Positions 38,976-48,905 of a stretch of 64,000 bases of DNA are shown piece by piece. The stretch spans positions 1,632,001-1,696,000 of the forward strand of contig CP166615.1 in NCBI GenBank assembly GCA_041937175.2, read 5' to 3'. The DNA comes from Limnothrix sp. BL-A-16 (GTDB lineage: Bacteria; Cyanobacteriota; Cyanobacteriia; CACIAM-69d). Position numbers and translations under genes: made by a program. The notes beneath the pieces were generated by a model that saw only the letters and a program-made list of their open reading frames with translations, had not been told where the DNA came from and did no database searches. Positions within the stretch are counted from its first letter, which is position 1. The number at the start of each line of letters is the position of its first letter.

Positions 38976-39893
38976 ATGAGACTGACACCCAACACCAAGG
39001 TTTTGATTTGTGGGATTGCCGAACCGCTGGCGATCGCCCATGTGCCGCTGATGAGGGACTACGGCACACAGGTGCTGGCGGGTGTCAGCCCCGGCGAAGG
39101 GGGCCGATCGATCAATGAAATTCCCGTTTTTGATTTGGTAGAAGAGGCGATCGCCACGGTGGGGCCGATCGATGTGGTGATTGTTTTTTCGCCAGCCTAT
39201 GCGGCGGTGGATGCGGCTTTGGAGGCGATCGCGGCCGGCATTCGCCAGGTGGTGATGGTGTCGGCCGGTGTGCCGCCGTTGGATATGGTGCGCCTGGTGC
39301 GGCGGGCAGAGGCCACCGATACGTTGGTGCTGGGCCCCAATTGCCCGGGAATTATTGTGCCGGGACAGGTGTTGTTGGGAATGCACCCGGCCGAATGCTA
39401 TCAACCGGGGTCGATCGGGATTGTCAGCCGATGCAGCACCCTGGCCTATGAGGTGGCGCTGCAACTGACGCGGGCTGGGTTTGGTCAATCGATCGCCGCT
39501 TGCATTGGGGCCGATCGCGTGGTGGGATCGTCGTTGCTGCAGTGGCTGCAAATGCTGGATGAGGACGATCGCACCGAGGCCATTGTGCTGATTGGCGAAG
39601 TCAGCGGCGATGGGGAACTGCGGGCCGCGCGTTACATTGCCGAAACGATCGATAAACCCGTAATTGCCTACATTGCCGGACACTTTGCCCCCGTGAACCG
39701 CTCGATCGGCCATGCCAACCAGATCGTGGCCTCGCGCACGGAGTTGGGCAAACGGGGCAAAACCGATGTGGCTACCAAGGTCGCCGCCCTCAAGGCCGCC
39801 AAGGTGAGAGTGGCCGATCGGCCCTCCAAAATTCCCGAGCTATTGCAAAGGGCCCTGAACACCAAAGCCAAGGCCCCTAGTGCTAAGTCGTAA
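38976..39893 (+). CDS. sucD: Succinyl-CoA synthetase alpha subunit-like
   Basis: CoA-binding N-terminus, GPNCPGIIVPG, IVSRCSTLAYE, GQS, IVLIGEVSG, and phospho-His in IGHAN. Confidence 0.85.
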   Translation: MRLTPNTKVLICGIAEPLAIAHVPLMRDYGTQVLAGVSPGEGGRSINEIPVFDLVEEAIATVGPIDVVIVFSPAYAAVDAALEAIAAGIRQVVMVSAGVPPLDMVRLVRRAEATDTLVLGPNCPGIIVPGQVLLGMHPAECYQPGSIGIVSRCSTLAYEVALQLTRAGFGQSIAACIGADRVVGSSLLQWLQMLDEDDRTEAIVLIGEVSGDGELRAARYIAETIDKPVIAYIAGHFAPVNRSIGHANQIVASRTELGKRGKTDVATKVAALKAAKVRVADRPSKIPELLQRALNTKAKAPSAKS

Positions 39894-39924
39894 TCGGTTG
39901 AGCTAGATCTGCTCTGCGGCGAAC

Positions 39925-40188
39925 CTAAGAAGCAGCCAGCAACTCATCTAGCTTGCCTTCCTGTTCCAGGGCGTGGATATCATCACAGCCGCCCACATGC
40001 TGGTTATTGATAAAAATTTGGGGAACCGATCGCCGACCATTGGCCCGTTCCGCCATCTTGGCCCGCCCTGGCTCATCGCCGTCTAGGACATATTCCGTAT
40101 AGTTCACCCCTTTGCGGTCGAGCAATCGCTTGGCCCGAATGCAAAAGGGGCAAGTTGTCCAGAGATAAATTTCAACGTTGGCAGCCAT
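39925..40188 (-). CDS. grxC: Glutaredoxin 3
   Basis: CPFC active site, SVPQIFI and GGCDD motifs. Confidence 0.95.
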   Translation of the reverse strand: MAANVEIYLWTTCPFCIRAKRLLDRKGVNYTEYVLDGDEPGRAKMAERANGRRSVPQIFINNQHVGGCDDIHALEQEGKLDELLAAS

Positions 40189-40287
40189 AGGACGCGATCG
40201 CAGTGGTGTTCAAGATTTATGAAGGATTGTATCTAGTTTCTCGATCGCTTGTGGCCTAGCCCAGGTGCCAGCCCGCCTTCAGACACC

Positions 40288-40323
40288 AGAAGGGCGATCG
40301 CCCCGTCGGTCGATCGCCCTTCT
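40288..40323. terminator. 13-bp-stem hairpin between ppc and grxC
   Basis: AGAAGGGCGATCG-10nt-CGATCGCCCTTCT. Confidence 0.55.
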
Positions 40324-40381
40324 ATTCAGACCCAGTTGAGCCAAGACGCATTGGGATCAGCACCCCAGCGAGCCACCGCGA

Positions 40382-43300
40382 TCAACCGGTGTTCCGCATT
40401 CCGGCCGCAATTCCGTTAATGGTCAGCAGGGCCCCGCGCAACAGCTCGCTGCGGCTATAGCGCGATCGCGCCATGCCGGTGGCTGACTGTTGTTTGTGTT
40501 GGCGTAACCGCTTGAGCAACGACGCTTGCAGGAAGCCCAGGGGCACGATCGTGCCGTTGCGCAACTGCACCGATCGCTGCAACGCCGGGTCTCCATCCAA
40601 CAGGCGATCGTGGCCCGTAATTTTCAGCACCAGATCCCGAGTCGTCATGTACTCATGGGCAATTTGCTCAAACAGCGCCTCAAACCGATCTCGGTTGGCC
40701 GGCTGCGTCAACTCATTGGTGTAGTGGCGGGCAATTTGCAGATCCACCTTCGCCAGGGTCATTTCCACCTTCGAGATTGCCATCTTGAAGAACGGCCACT
40801 TGAAGTAGAAATATTGCAGTAGCTTCAGGTGTTCTTCCGGCTCCTGATCCACAAAGTCTTGCAGGGCCGTGCCCACCCCATACCAAGCGGGCAACAGGAA
40901 GCGGCTTTGGGTCCAGCTAAACACCCAGGGAATGGCCCGCAGGCTGCTGAGATCCTTCTTGCCACCCCGGCGGGCCGGCCGCGAAGAGATTTGCAATTGA
41001 CTAATTTCCTCGATCGGGGTGACCTCATGGAAAAAGTCAATGAAATCCGGTTGTTCGTAAATCAGCGATCGGTAATGTTCCCGCGATCGCGCCGACAGGG
41101 ACTCCACAATCTCATTCCAAGCCTCGATGTCATCAAACCCCGTGCCCAGCAGGCTTGATTGAATCGTGGCGGCGGCCACCTTCTCCAGGTTATAGAGCGC
41201 CAACTCGGGCAAGGAATATTTGGAAGCCAGCACTTCCCCTTGCTCCGTGATTTTGATCCGGCCTTGGATACTGCGGCCCGGTTGGGCCAAGATGGCTTCG
41301 TAAGCTGGGCCGCCGCCACGCCCCACGGATCCACCGCGCCCGTGGAAAATCTTGAGGGCCACCCCAAAGCGATCGGCCACCCCTTGCAGCGCCTTTTGGG
41401 CCTTGTGAATTTCCCAATTACTGCTGAGGAAGCCCGAATCCTTGTTACTGTCCGAATAACCGAGCATCACCTCTTGCTGATTGCTGGTGGGGGTGTGGGG
41501 GCGCATTTTGGCAAATTCTGCGCCCGTTTGCCCTTCGGTGGCCGCTTCCAAAACGGCATCGAGGCGATCGTAGCCACCCGCCAACAATGCGCGGTAAAGC
41601 CGCATGGAGAACAGCCCCTCCATCACCGACGGCGCACATTTCAAATCTTCCACCGTCTCAAACAGCGGCACAACGCGCAGGGTTCCTGACCCGGTGGCGG
41701 GGTCATAGAGGCCCGCTTCCTTAGCCAGCAACAACACCTCCAGCAGATCGCTGGCGTTGTGGCTCATGCTGATGATGTAGGTTTGGCAGACTCCGGGGCC
41801 AAACTCGTGCTGTAGCTGCCGCACCACCCGCAGGGTTTCGATCGCCTCGCGGGTTTTGTCGGAAAAGGGCAACTCCGCCGGAATCAGAGGACGACGGGTG
41901 CTTAATTCCTGCACCAGCCAGGCCGTTCGTTCTGCCTCGTCCATGTCCCGATAGGGCTTGGGCAACAGTTGCAGATATTCCGTGATCTCATCGATCGCAG
42001 CCGAGTGACGGCTGCTCTCTTGGCGAATATCCAAATGGGCCAAACTAAACCCAAAAATTTCCACCCGACAGATCAGATCTTCCAAATCCGAGCAAACTAA
42101 GCCCGTTTGTTGCAAACTGCGCCGAATGAGGTTCAATTCTGCCAAAAATTCCGTGCCCGATCGATAGATGCTGACCGGATTGTTTTCCAACATATCCGAG
42201 TGCAATTCATCTCCTTCATAGAGCCGGTTCGATCGAGCCAGGGTGTTAATCAACCGCTGTTCAATGTAAGCCAGCTTCAGGCGATAGGGTTCTTGGCGGA
42301 AACGCACCGCATATTTTTCGTAAATATCCGGTAGTCGAGCCTGCTCCTGCTCCAAGGATTCCAGCAGCTCCGGCAGCACATCGCTCCAGTGCAAAGAAAG
42401 GCTCAACAAACTGCTGAGACTTTTCACCGATTGCAGATATTTCTTCAGCACCAAGTTGCGCTGATAGCAAGCGGTTTTCCAGGTCACTTCTGGAGTCACG
42501 GAAGGGTTGCCATCGCGATCGGAACCCACCCAAGATCCAAACCGACAAAAATCGAAACGGGGCGGAGTCAGGCCCGGAAATGATGATTTCAAGGCCCGAT
42601 CGAACCGGTGATAGAGCTGGGGAATCACCTCAAACAGCACTTCTTCAAAATAGTGCAAGGCGTAGTCCACCTCATCGAGCACCGTTGGCTTGAATTGGTG
42701 TAATTCATCAGTGCGCCACCAAAGGCGAATTTCCTCCGTGAGTTTTTGGCGCAGGGTTTGGGCCTCGATCGAGGTGCTTAATCCCCGATCGCGCAAATCT
42801 TCCTCCACCAAATCCAGCTCCCGTAAAATTTTCACCAACCGCCGCTGTTTGTCGCGAATCGTGTGGCGCACAATTTCCGTCGGGTGAGCCGTAAAGACCA
42901 ACTGAATATCCAATTGATCAATCAGCTTTTGAATTTGCCGAGGCGGCACATTCAATTGTTGCAAATAGGGAAATAGCCAATAGAACGTCCCGCAATTATC
43001 CGGAATTTGATCTGGCTTCGGAATGCTCCGCTCCAGCACCTTTGCTTCAATTCCGCCCTTCGATTCAGGATTGTCAAAGGGACTATGGTTGCTAAAAAGC
43101 TTCGTCGAAATGGGTTGGCTACTGGCGGTTTCGTATTGCCGTTGTTGATCGCGTTGTTCGTAATGTTGCTCAACGATATTAATCAGTTGAAAATAAAGGG
43201 CAAAGGCACGCGCAGCCCGAATTGCCGAATTAAGGTCTAGGTTTTCAACCAGCTTCAAAACATCAGCTTCGCAAAAATCAGCGGCTTGGCCGTCCGGTGC

Positions 43301-43501
43301 GCAGAGATCCAACAGTCGATCTAGCAGGGATACCAATTCCTGACCGCACTCCTGTTGCAACACCTGCCGCCACAGGTCTTCCATCACCTTGAGACGATGC
43401 CGCAAAAACAAGTCTGATGCCGAGGCTGCGGCAACTTCTCGATCGAGCGAATGGATGGTCGAACTCATAGAGCGATCGGCTGGCTCGGTAAGGTTGGTCA
43501 T
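40382..43501 (-). CDS. ppc: Phosphoenolpyruvate carboxylase
   Basis: [50 protein letters not shown] and C-terminal RNTG. Confidence 0.98.
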   Translation of the reverse strand: MTNLTEPADRSMSSTIHSLDREVAAASASDLFLRHRLKVMEDLWRQVLQQECGQELVSLLDRLLDLCAPDGQAADFCEADVLKLVENLDLNSAIRAARAFALYFQLINIVEQHYEQRDQQRQYETASSQPISTKLFSNHSPFDNPESKGGIEAKVLERSIPKPDQIPDNCGTFYWLFPYLQQLNVPPRQIQKLIDQLDIQLVFTAHPTEIVRHTIRDKQRRLVKILRELDLVEEDLRDRGLSTSIEAQTLRQKLTEEIRLWWRTDELHQFKPTVLDEVDYALHYFEEVLFEVIPQLYHRFDRALKSSFPGLTPPRFDFCRFGSWVGSDRDGNPSVTPEVTWKTACYQRNLVLKKYLQSVKSLSSLLSLSLHWSDVLPELLESLEQEQARLPDIYEKYAVRFRQEPYRLKLAYIEQRLINTLARSNRLYEGDELHSDMLENNPVSIYRSGTEFLAELNLIRRSLQQTGLVCSDLEDLICRVEIFGFSLAHLDIRQESSRHSAAIDEITEYLQLLPKPYRDMDEAERTAWLVQELSTRRPLIPAELPFSDKTREAIETLRVVRQLQHEFGPGVCQTYIISMSHNASDLLEVLLLAKEAGLYDPATGSGTLRVVPLFETVEDLKCAPSVMEGLFSMRLYRALLAGGYDRLDAVLEAATEGQTGAEFAKMRPHTPTSNQQEVMLGYSDSNKDSGFLSSNWEIHKAQKALQGVADRFGVALKIFHGRGGSVGRGGGPAYEAILAQPGRSIQGRIKITEQGEVLASKYSLPELALYNLEKVAAATIQSSLLGTGFDDIEAWNEIVESLSARSREHYRSLIYEQPDFIDFFHEVTPIEEISQLQISSRPARRGGKKDLSSLRAIPWVFSWTQSRFLLPAWYGVGTALQDFVDQEPEEHLKLLQYFYFKWPFFKMAISKVEMTLAKVDLQIARHYTNELTQPANRDRFEALFEQIAHEYMTTRDLVLKITGHDRLLDGDPALQRSVQLRNGTIVPLGFLQASLLKRLRQHKQQSATGMARSRYSRSELLRGALLTINGIAAGMRNTG

Positions 43502-43676
43502 GCTCCCTAGATTATAGGAAGGCGGGGCTTTAGAAACCCATCCGCATCCCGCCAGCTCGCCAGCGGGTGGGTTGTTGATGAGGGAAGGGAAACCTGAATC
43601 CTGTTTGGGTTTGGGGGTGGGCAGTTCCCCCCCAAGGAGGCCACATGGTGCATGAAATCCCGGATGGATTGTGCGT

Positions 43677-44198
43677 TTAAACGGCCCCAGAATCGGTATA
43701 GCCCTGTACGGTTTCCGGGTTTTGCAGCCGAATTAAATCATTTGCTTGGCGGGTTTGCATCGGATCAAGATTTTTGATCACCAACAGGTATTGATCTTGG
43801 TCAAGTCGATTGCGATAGGCCAGCACATCGCCGTTACCTCCCGTCAGGCCCAGGCCGCCCCCAACGGTCACGCTGCCCATGGCTCCCCCGATCGCCCCCA
43901 ACAGGCCACCCACCAGGTGATTGCCCACCGGGCCGGCCCATTCCGTGAAGGTTTGCAACCCCGTTGCCAAGCTGAATCCCACACCGGCCAAAAAGCCAAA
44001 GGGAATCGTCCAAAAAGCCATCATCTTAATTTGGCGACGAGCCTGCTGGCTGGGGTCAATGAATCCAAATTCATCGGCGGTTTTGTAGCCCTTGCCCAAA
44101 ATGGCCATTTGCTTGAGGTCAAAGCCTGCCGCTTCCAGGGCCGTGTAAGCCGCTTCCACGCCCATGCGATCGGCAAAGACAGCAATTAGGTAGTTCAT
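43677..44198 (-). CDS. Conserved hypothetical membrane protein (Gly-zipper hairpin)
   Basis: [10 protein letters not shown]...[18 protein letters not shown]; Gly-rich hydrophobic hairpin. Confidence 0.75.
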   Translation of the reverse strand: MNYLIAVFADRMGVEAAYTALEAAGFDLKQMAILGKGYKTADEFGFIDPSQQARRQIKMMAFWTIPFGFLAGVGFSLATGLQTFTEWAGPVGNHLVGGLLGAIGGAMGSVTVGGGLGLTGGNGDVLAYRNRLDQDQYLLVIKNLDPMQTRQANDLIRLQNPETVQGYTDSGAV

Positions 44199-44223
44199 AA
44201 ACCAGTTCCAAGAAACAAGCCCT

Positions 44224-44264
44224 AAAAACCAAAATCAGGATTGAGCTTACACTCCATCCTGATT
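44224..44264 (-). terminator. Rho-independent terminator-like hairpin after the DUF928 gene
   Basis: Minus strand AATCAGGATGGAG-tgtaag-CTCAATCCTGATT followed by TTGGTTTTT. Confidence 0.55.
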
Positions 44265-44348
44265 CTGACTCGACAGGCATCATAGCCTACGCACTGTCTT
44301 GAGGATTGCCACCGGGCAATCTGACGAGTTGCGGGGCCGGTTGCTGGT

Positions 44349-45119
44349 CTAGTTGCTGGGCAGGTTAATGGCCATCAGCGATCGATCCAAACCCGCCGAA
44401 GTGGCCAGCGCTTGCCAAGCGGCTGCCCGATCGCCCGAGCGATCGGCTTCAATCACGCTGCTCACCGCGTCGTACCAAATGCCCGCACGAGCATAGGCCG
44501 CCGCCGCCGCCAGCCGATCGGGAGCTGCCGTTGCTTCCGCCACCGCAGAGCTGGCTTCCACCCGTTGAATCCAGCCGCTAGCGAAGGTGTTGCGCGGTTC
44601 TTCACCGTTGGCCGTTTCGCAAGCTACCGAAACGTACCATTGATAGGCTTTGCCAGCGGTCAGGCCTTGGCCCTTATCCCGCAGCTTCACCTGCACCAAG
44701 CCACCTTCCTGGGGAAGAGCAATGGTTTGCTCGTCCAGGTCGGCTTCCGTTTCGTCCGTCAACCGGAAACGAGCCGTGCTGCCCATCCCGGCGGGCACAT
44801 AGACCCACAGCGAAGGATGAGCACTGGCCGTCAGCGCACCCTGTTGGCCTGGAACTAAGGGCATGAGGGCCAAGGCCGAGGAACCACAAGCACCGCGCCG
44901 GCCTCCACTGACCGTGTGGCGAAGGGTGCGGTTACCCCGGGGAGCGAACCCAGCTTCTTGGCTCGGGAGCGAATTAAAGCTAACGGCGGGCCCTTCTGAG
45001 CCAGCTTGACCGTTAACCAAAGGCATTCCTGCCGAAGCGGTGAAACTTGAAAGGGCGATCGCCCCGGCCGTCAAAACCGAGGAAACAAAGAATCGGGAGA
45101 GCATGCGATTGGGCACCAT
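44349..45119 (-). CDS. DUF928 domain protein
   Basis: Signal peptide; GGRRGAC, LMPLVP, HPSLWVYVP, YQWYVSVAC, GWIQRV and YARAGIWYDA motifs. Confidence 0.88.
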   Translation of the reverse strand: MVPNRMLSRFFVSSVLTAGAIALSSFTASAGMPLVNGQAGSEGPAVSFNSLPSQEAGFAPRGNRTLRHTVSGGRRGACGSSALALMPLVPGQQGALTASAHPSLWVYVPAGMGSTARFRLTDETEADLDEQTIALPQEGGLVQVKLRDKGQGLTAGKAYQWYVSVACETANGEEPRNTFASGWIQRVEASSAVAEATAAPDRLAAAAAYARAGIWYDAVSSVIEADRSGDRAAAWQALATSAGLDRSLMAINLPSN

Positions 45120-45789
45120 AAGAACTACCCCTCATGAGACTGATACAAGCAAAAGCAGTAGCGACCTACAAGGGCTGGATGTCATCTGTCCTCGCGGCTG
45201 CTGTTCCCTACCCCTGAGACTCTATTGAAAACGATACTCGGGAAAAAGTAGTGAACCATGTTCCGATCGCGGCTTCGGTCGGGCCATAGTCTTGACTGAT
45301 CGTGACCATAGCTGTGCCCTGCGAACCGCAAACTCAACACCAGGCGAGGACGGAAGCGAATTCCCCTTCAGTCAATAGATGCCCCTGGAAGCCGAGTCCG
45401 TCTAGACAGTTAACAAACTGTCTCCCAGTGTATGGCATTCCCCCAAACCAGCTATGTACCGATCAACACTCAGTTCACGGTGAGCTGACTGATCTTACCG
45501 GCGGGATGACGCGAAACAGGAACCAGATCGATCGCGCTAAATCCTACGCTGAGCAGGATTCAGAAGGCAAATTTGGGGGAAGCTTGGCGAAAGCAACCCC
45601 CTATTCAGGGTTTTGAAGAAATGTAAAGAATCGCAAACAATCGAAAGCTTGAATTGGGCTTCCTCAAGCTGGATCGAAAAGCTAGATCGAATTTGATTCA
45701 ACTGAATTTTCGGAAGCAGGGCAACACCTCGCCGGCCGGTTCTGAAATCTGAAAACCGCGCTTTTGCCGTTGATTAACCCATTGGCTCC

Positions 45790-46191
45790 CTAACCCATCA
45801 GAATTACCCGATCGAGCACATGGATCACGCCATTGGCCGCTTCGATGTCGGCCGCCACCACCGTGGCATTTTTCACCTCGAAGCTTTTACCAATCCGCAC
45901 CGGGATCGGAGCACCTTCGAGCGATTCCAATTGGGTCATCTGGGCCAAATCCGCTTGGGTGTATTTACCAGCCACCACGTGATATTTCAGGATGCGAGCC
46001 AGTTGTGGGGGGTTTTGCACCAGGGTTTGCACCGTGCCGGGTGGGAGCTGAGCAAAGGCCTGGTCGTTGGGCGCAAACACGGTGAAGGGGCCTGGACTTT
46101 TCAGGGCTTCGACCAATCCAGCCACCTTGACGGCGGTTACGAGGGTTTCAAAGGAACCGGCATTAATGGCAATGTCAACAATGTCGGGCAT
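45790..46191 (-). CDS. Fasciclin (FAS1) domain protein
   Basis: [26 protein letters not shown] and [11 protein letters not shown] motifs; ATG at 46191. Confidence 0.93.
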   Translation of the reverse strand: MPDIVDIAINAGSFETLVTAVKVAGLVEALKSPGPFTVFAPNDQAFAQLPPGTVQTLVQNPPQLARILKYHVVAGKYTQADLAQMTQLESLEGAPIPVRIGKSFEVKNATVVAADIEAANGVIHVLDRVILMG

Positions 46192-46499
46192 GGTCAAGGA
46201 TGGGGGTGAAGTCCAGGTACAGGGCAATGCAGAGCCGCTGGGGCCCAAGGTCGCCGCTAAATCCCAATCATCCTACCGCCGATCGCCCGATCGATTGGGG
46301 ATGGGCAATTTTGGAGTTTTAATACCTTCGATTGGACATGGTTGGCCCGCCCCGCTGTCCTGGGTGTAATGATTGCCAACCCAAAACAGCGGAGCAGGAC
46401 TCAACCTAGCGACTGGGAGCTACATCGATCGACCTTGAGCGATCGACCTTGATTGATCAACCTTGAGCGCGATCGATTCGGCAACGAGTCACCGCCTCG

Positions 46500-47474
46500 T
46501 TACCAGCCCAACACGTAGGCAAACACCAACGGAGCCACGATCGTTGCATCACTTTCAATCACAAACCGGGGCGTGTCGATCGACAGTTTGCCCCAAGTAA
46601 TTTTCTCGTTGGGCACGGCTCCCGAATAGGAACCATAGCTGGTGGTGGAATCGCTGATTTGGCAGAAATAGCCCCACAGCGGCGTTTCCCGCAGCAGGTC
46701 TTGCTGCAACATGGGCACAACACAAATGGGGAAGTCGCCCGCAATGCCGCCCGCAATTTGGAAGAACCCGATCGACTGGCCGCTTTCGATCGAAACCTTC
46801 GTGTAGTAGTCCGCCAGGGCCATCATGTATTCAATGCCCGTGCGTACCGTGTGGACATTTTTGATGTCGCCCTCAATGCAGCGAGCCGCAAAAATGTTCC
46901 CCAGGGTCGAATCTTCCCAGCCGGGCACAAAGATCGGCAAATTCCGTTCAGCCGCCGCCAACATCCAGGAATTCTTCGGATCGATTTGGTAATACTCCTT
47001 CAAGGAGCCATTCAGCAGCACTTCATAAAAGAATTCGTGGGGGAACTTCCGTTGCCCAGCCGCATCGGCCGCTTTCCACACATCCAGCACGGCCTTTTCC
47101 ATGCGGCGAATGGCTTCCTCTTCCGGAATACAGGTATCGGTGACCCGGTTCAGATGCTTGTCCAGCAGTTTTTGTTCATCTTCTGGGGTCAAGTCCCGAT
47201 AGTTCGGAATCCGCACATAGTAATCGTGGGCCACCAGGTTAAAGATGTCTTCTTCCAGGTTGGCCCCCGTGCAAGAAATCGCGTTGATTTTGCCTTGGCG
47301 AATCATTTCCGCCAGCGACAGGCCCAATTCTGCCGTGCTCATGGCTCCGGCCATGGCCAGCAACATCGGATTTCCGGCTTCCACATGCACCTTAAATGCT
47401 TCAGCGGCATCCACCAAGGCCGCTGCGTTGAAGTGGCGGTAGTGGTGTTTGATGAACTGACTGACGGGGCCCAT
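46500..47474 (-). CDS. Deoxyhypusine synthase-like protein (polyamine/homospermidine synthesis)
   Basis: HFNAA, AGAMSTAELG, CTGANLEED, PGWEDSTLG, GSYSGAVPNEKITWGK (catalytic Lys) and ESDATIVAPL motifs. Confidence 0.88.
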   Translation of the reverse strand: MGPVSQFIKHHYRHFNAAALVDAAEAFKVHVEAGNPMLLAMAGAMSTAELGLSLAEMIRQGKINAISCTGANLEEDIFNLVAHDYYVRIPNYRDLTPEDEQKLLDKHLNRVTDTCIPEEEAIRRMEKAVLDVWKAADAAGQRKFPHEFFYEVLLNGSLKEYYQIDPKNSWMLAAAERNLPIFVPGWEDSTLGNIFAARCIEGDIKNVHTVRTGIEYMMALADYYTKVSIESGQSIGFFQIAGGIAGDFPICVVPMLQQDLLRETPLWGYFCQISDSTTSYGSYSGAVPNEKITWGKLSIDTPRFVIESDATIVAPLVFAYVLGW

Positions 47475-47677
47475 AGGTTACTTGCCTTTCAACAAAAGAG
47501 TGCGACACAACCAGCAGCCCCGGAATTTGCGTTCAAGGGTCGATCGCGCTGCCCCAGCGTTGACCGAGGATGATTCAAACCCAGCATCCTTCGGCCCAGG
47601 GGGGCGATCGCGCGCGATCGAAAAAACGGGGCTGCAATCCAAAACGATCATCCTACCGCCTTGGCCTCAACGAAACA

Positions 47678-48697
47678 TTAAGAAGCGGCACAAACCCGGT
47701 TCCGTCCTCCATGTTTGGCGGCATAGAGATAGCGATCGGCCTCTGCGATCATCGCCTCATAATCTCCCAAGGCTAAGTGGTCAGAAACACCAATGCTGAG
47801 GGTGACGCTGAGTTCTGGGTGAATTTTGGGCCAAGGCGCTTGCTCGATCGCCTGGCGAACTTTGTTGCAAGCCGCCACCGCATCCGCTAAGCCTATGCCC
47901 GGCAGTGCAATCACAAATTCTTCGCCCCCATAGCGGGCACAAAGATCACTCGATCGCAGATTTTTTTGCAGAATTTGCGCCACACCTTTCAAGACCCGAT
48001 CGCCCACCGCGTGCGAAAACCGATCGTTGATTCGCTTAAAGAAATCCACATCCCCGATCGCCACGCTCAAGGAAGAACGATAGCGCTGAGCCTGCTCAAA
48101 TAATTGGCTCATTTGCCCATTAAAGTGGCGGCGATTAAACAGTCCCGTCAGCTCATCTCGAATGCTCAATTCTGTGATCTTGGCGTTCGCCTTTTCCAAA
48201 TCCAAGATCTTTTGATTCAGGGCCTGTTGCAGTCGATAAATCTGTAAATGGGTGTTGACCCTTGCCAACACTTCCAACTCTTGAAACGGCTTGGCGATAT
48301 AGTCCACACCGCCGACCTCAAACCCCTTAACCTTGTCGTGAACGGCGTTGGCCGCGCTGATAAAAATGATCGGAATAGATTGCGATTGGCGATCGGCCTT
48401 CAAGCGTTGACAAACTTCATAACCATCTAGATTCGGCATCCGAATATCCAACAGGATCAGGTCTGGGCGATGGGCCGCGATCGCCTTCAGTGCCTGTTCT
48501 CCGCTGTTGACCGGCCGCACCTTGTGCCCCTCCCGCACCAGCAACTGGCTCAAGACTCGCAGGTTCACCAAATTATCATCCACCAACAGGATGTTGCCCT
48601 GCACTGTGGGGATTGTGCAGGGCGGTTGCGCCAGCTCATGGATGGCTTCATGCTGGCCATCTTCTGGGGGGACACGATCGATCATTGAATAGTTCAT
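47678..48697 (-). CDS. Response-regulator diguanylate cyclase (REC-GGEEF)
   Basis: ILLVDD, LLDIRMP, DYIAKPF; RDELTGLFNRR, DVDFFKRIND; I-site RSSD five residues before GGEEF. Confidence 0.95.
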   Translation of the reverse strand: MNYSMIDRVPPEDGQHEAIHELAQPPCTIPTVQGNILLVDDNLVNLRVLSQLLVREGHKVRPVNSGEQALKAIAAHRPDLILLDIRMPNLDGYEVCQRLKADRQSQSIPIIFISAANAVHDKVKGFEVGGVDYIAKPFQELEVLARVNTHLQIYRLQQALNQKILDLEKANAKITELSIRDELTGLFNRRHFNGQMSQLFEQAQRYRSSLSVAIGDVDFFKRINDRFSHAVGDRVLKGVAQILQKNLRSSDLCARYGGEEFVIALPGIGLADAVAACNKVRQAIEQAPWPKIHPELSVTLSIGVSDHLALGDYEAMIAEADRYLYAAKHGGRNRVCAAS

Positions 48698-48905
48698 CGG
48701 CTCTGCATCCTGAAGATTGTGGTCTTGAGTTTTTGAGAATTTGCAAATTTAATTCACAAATTATGAAACTCGAATCATGAAATTCGTGAATTTATACTAA
48801 TTGCTAATGCAGCGAAGGAGCAAAATACAAGCACAATACTTAAAAAAATTCACTAAGCGCTAATTGTAAATACCAATCAAATATCAATCAAATATCATGA
48901 CAGTT

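Noticed and set aside
45611..45630. RpaB/HLR1-like site upstream of the DUF928 gene
   Set aside because: Only one half-site matches and it is about 500 bp from the start codon
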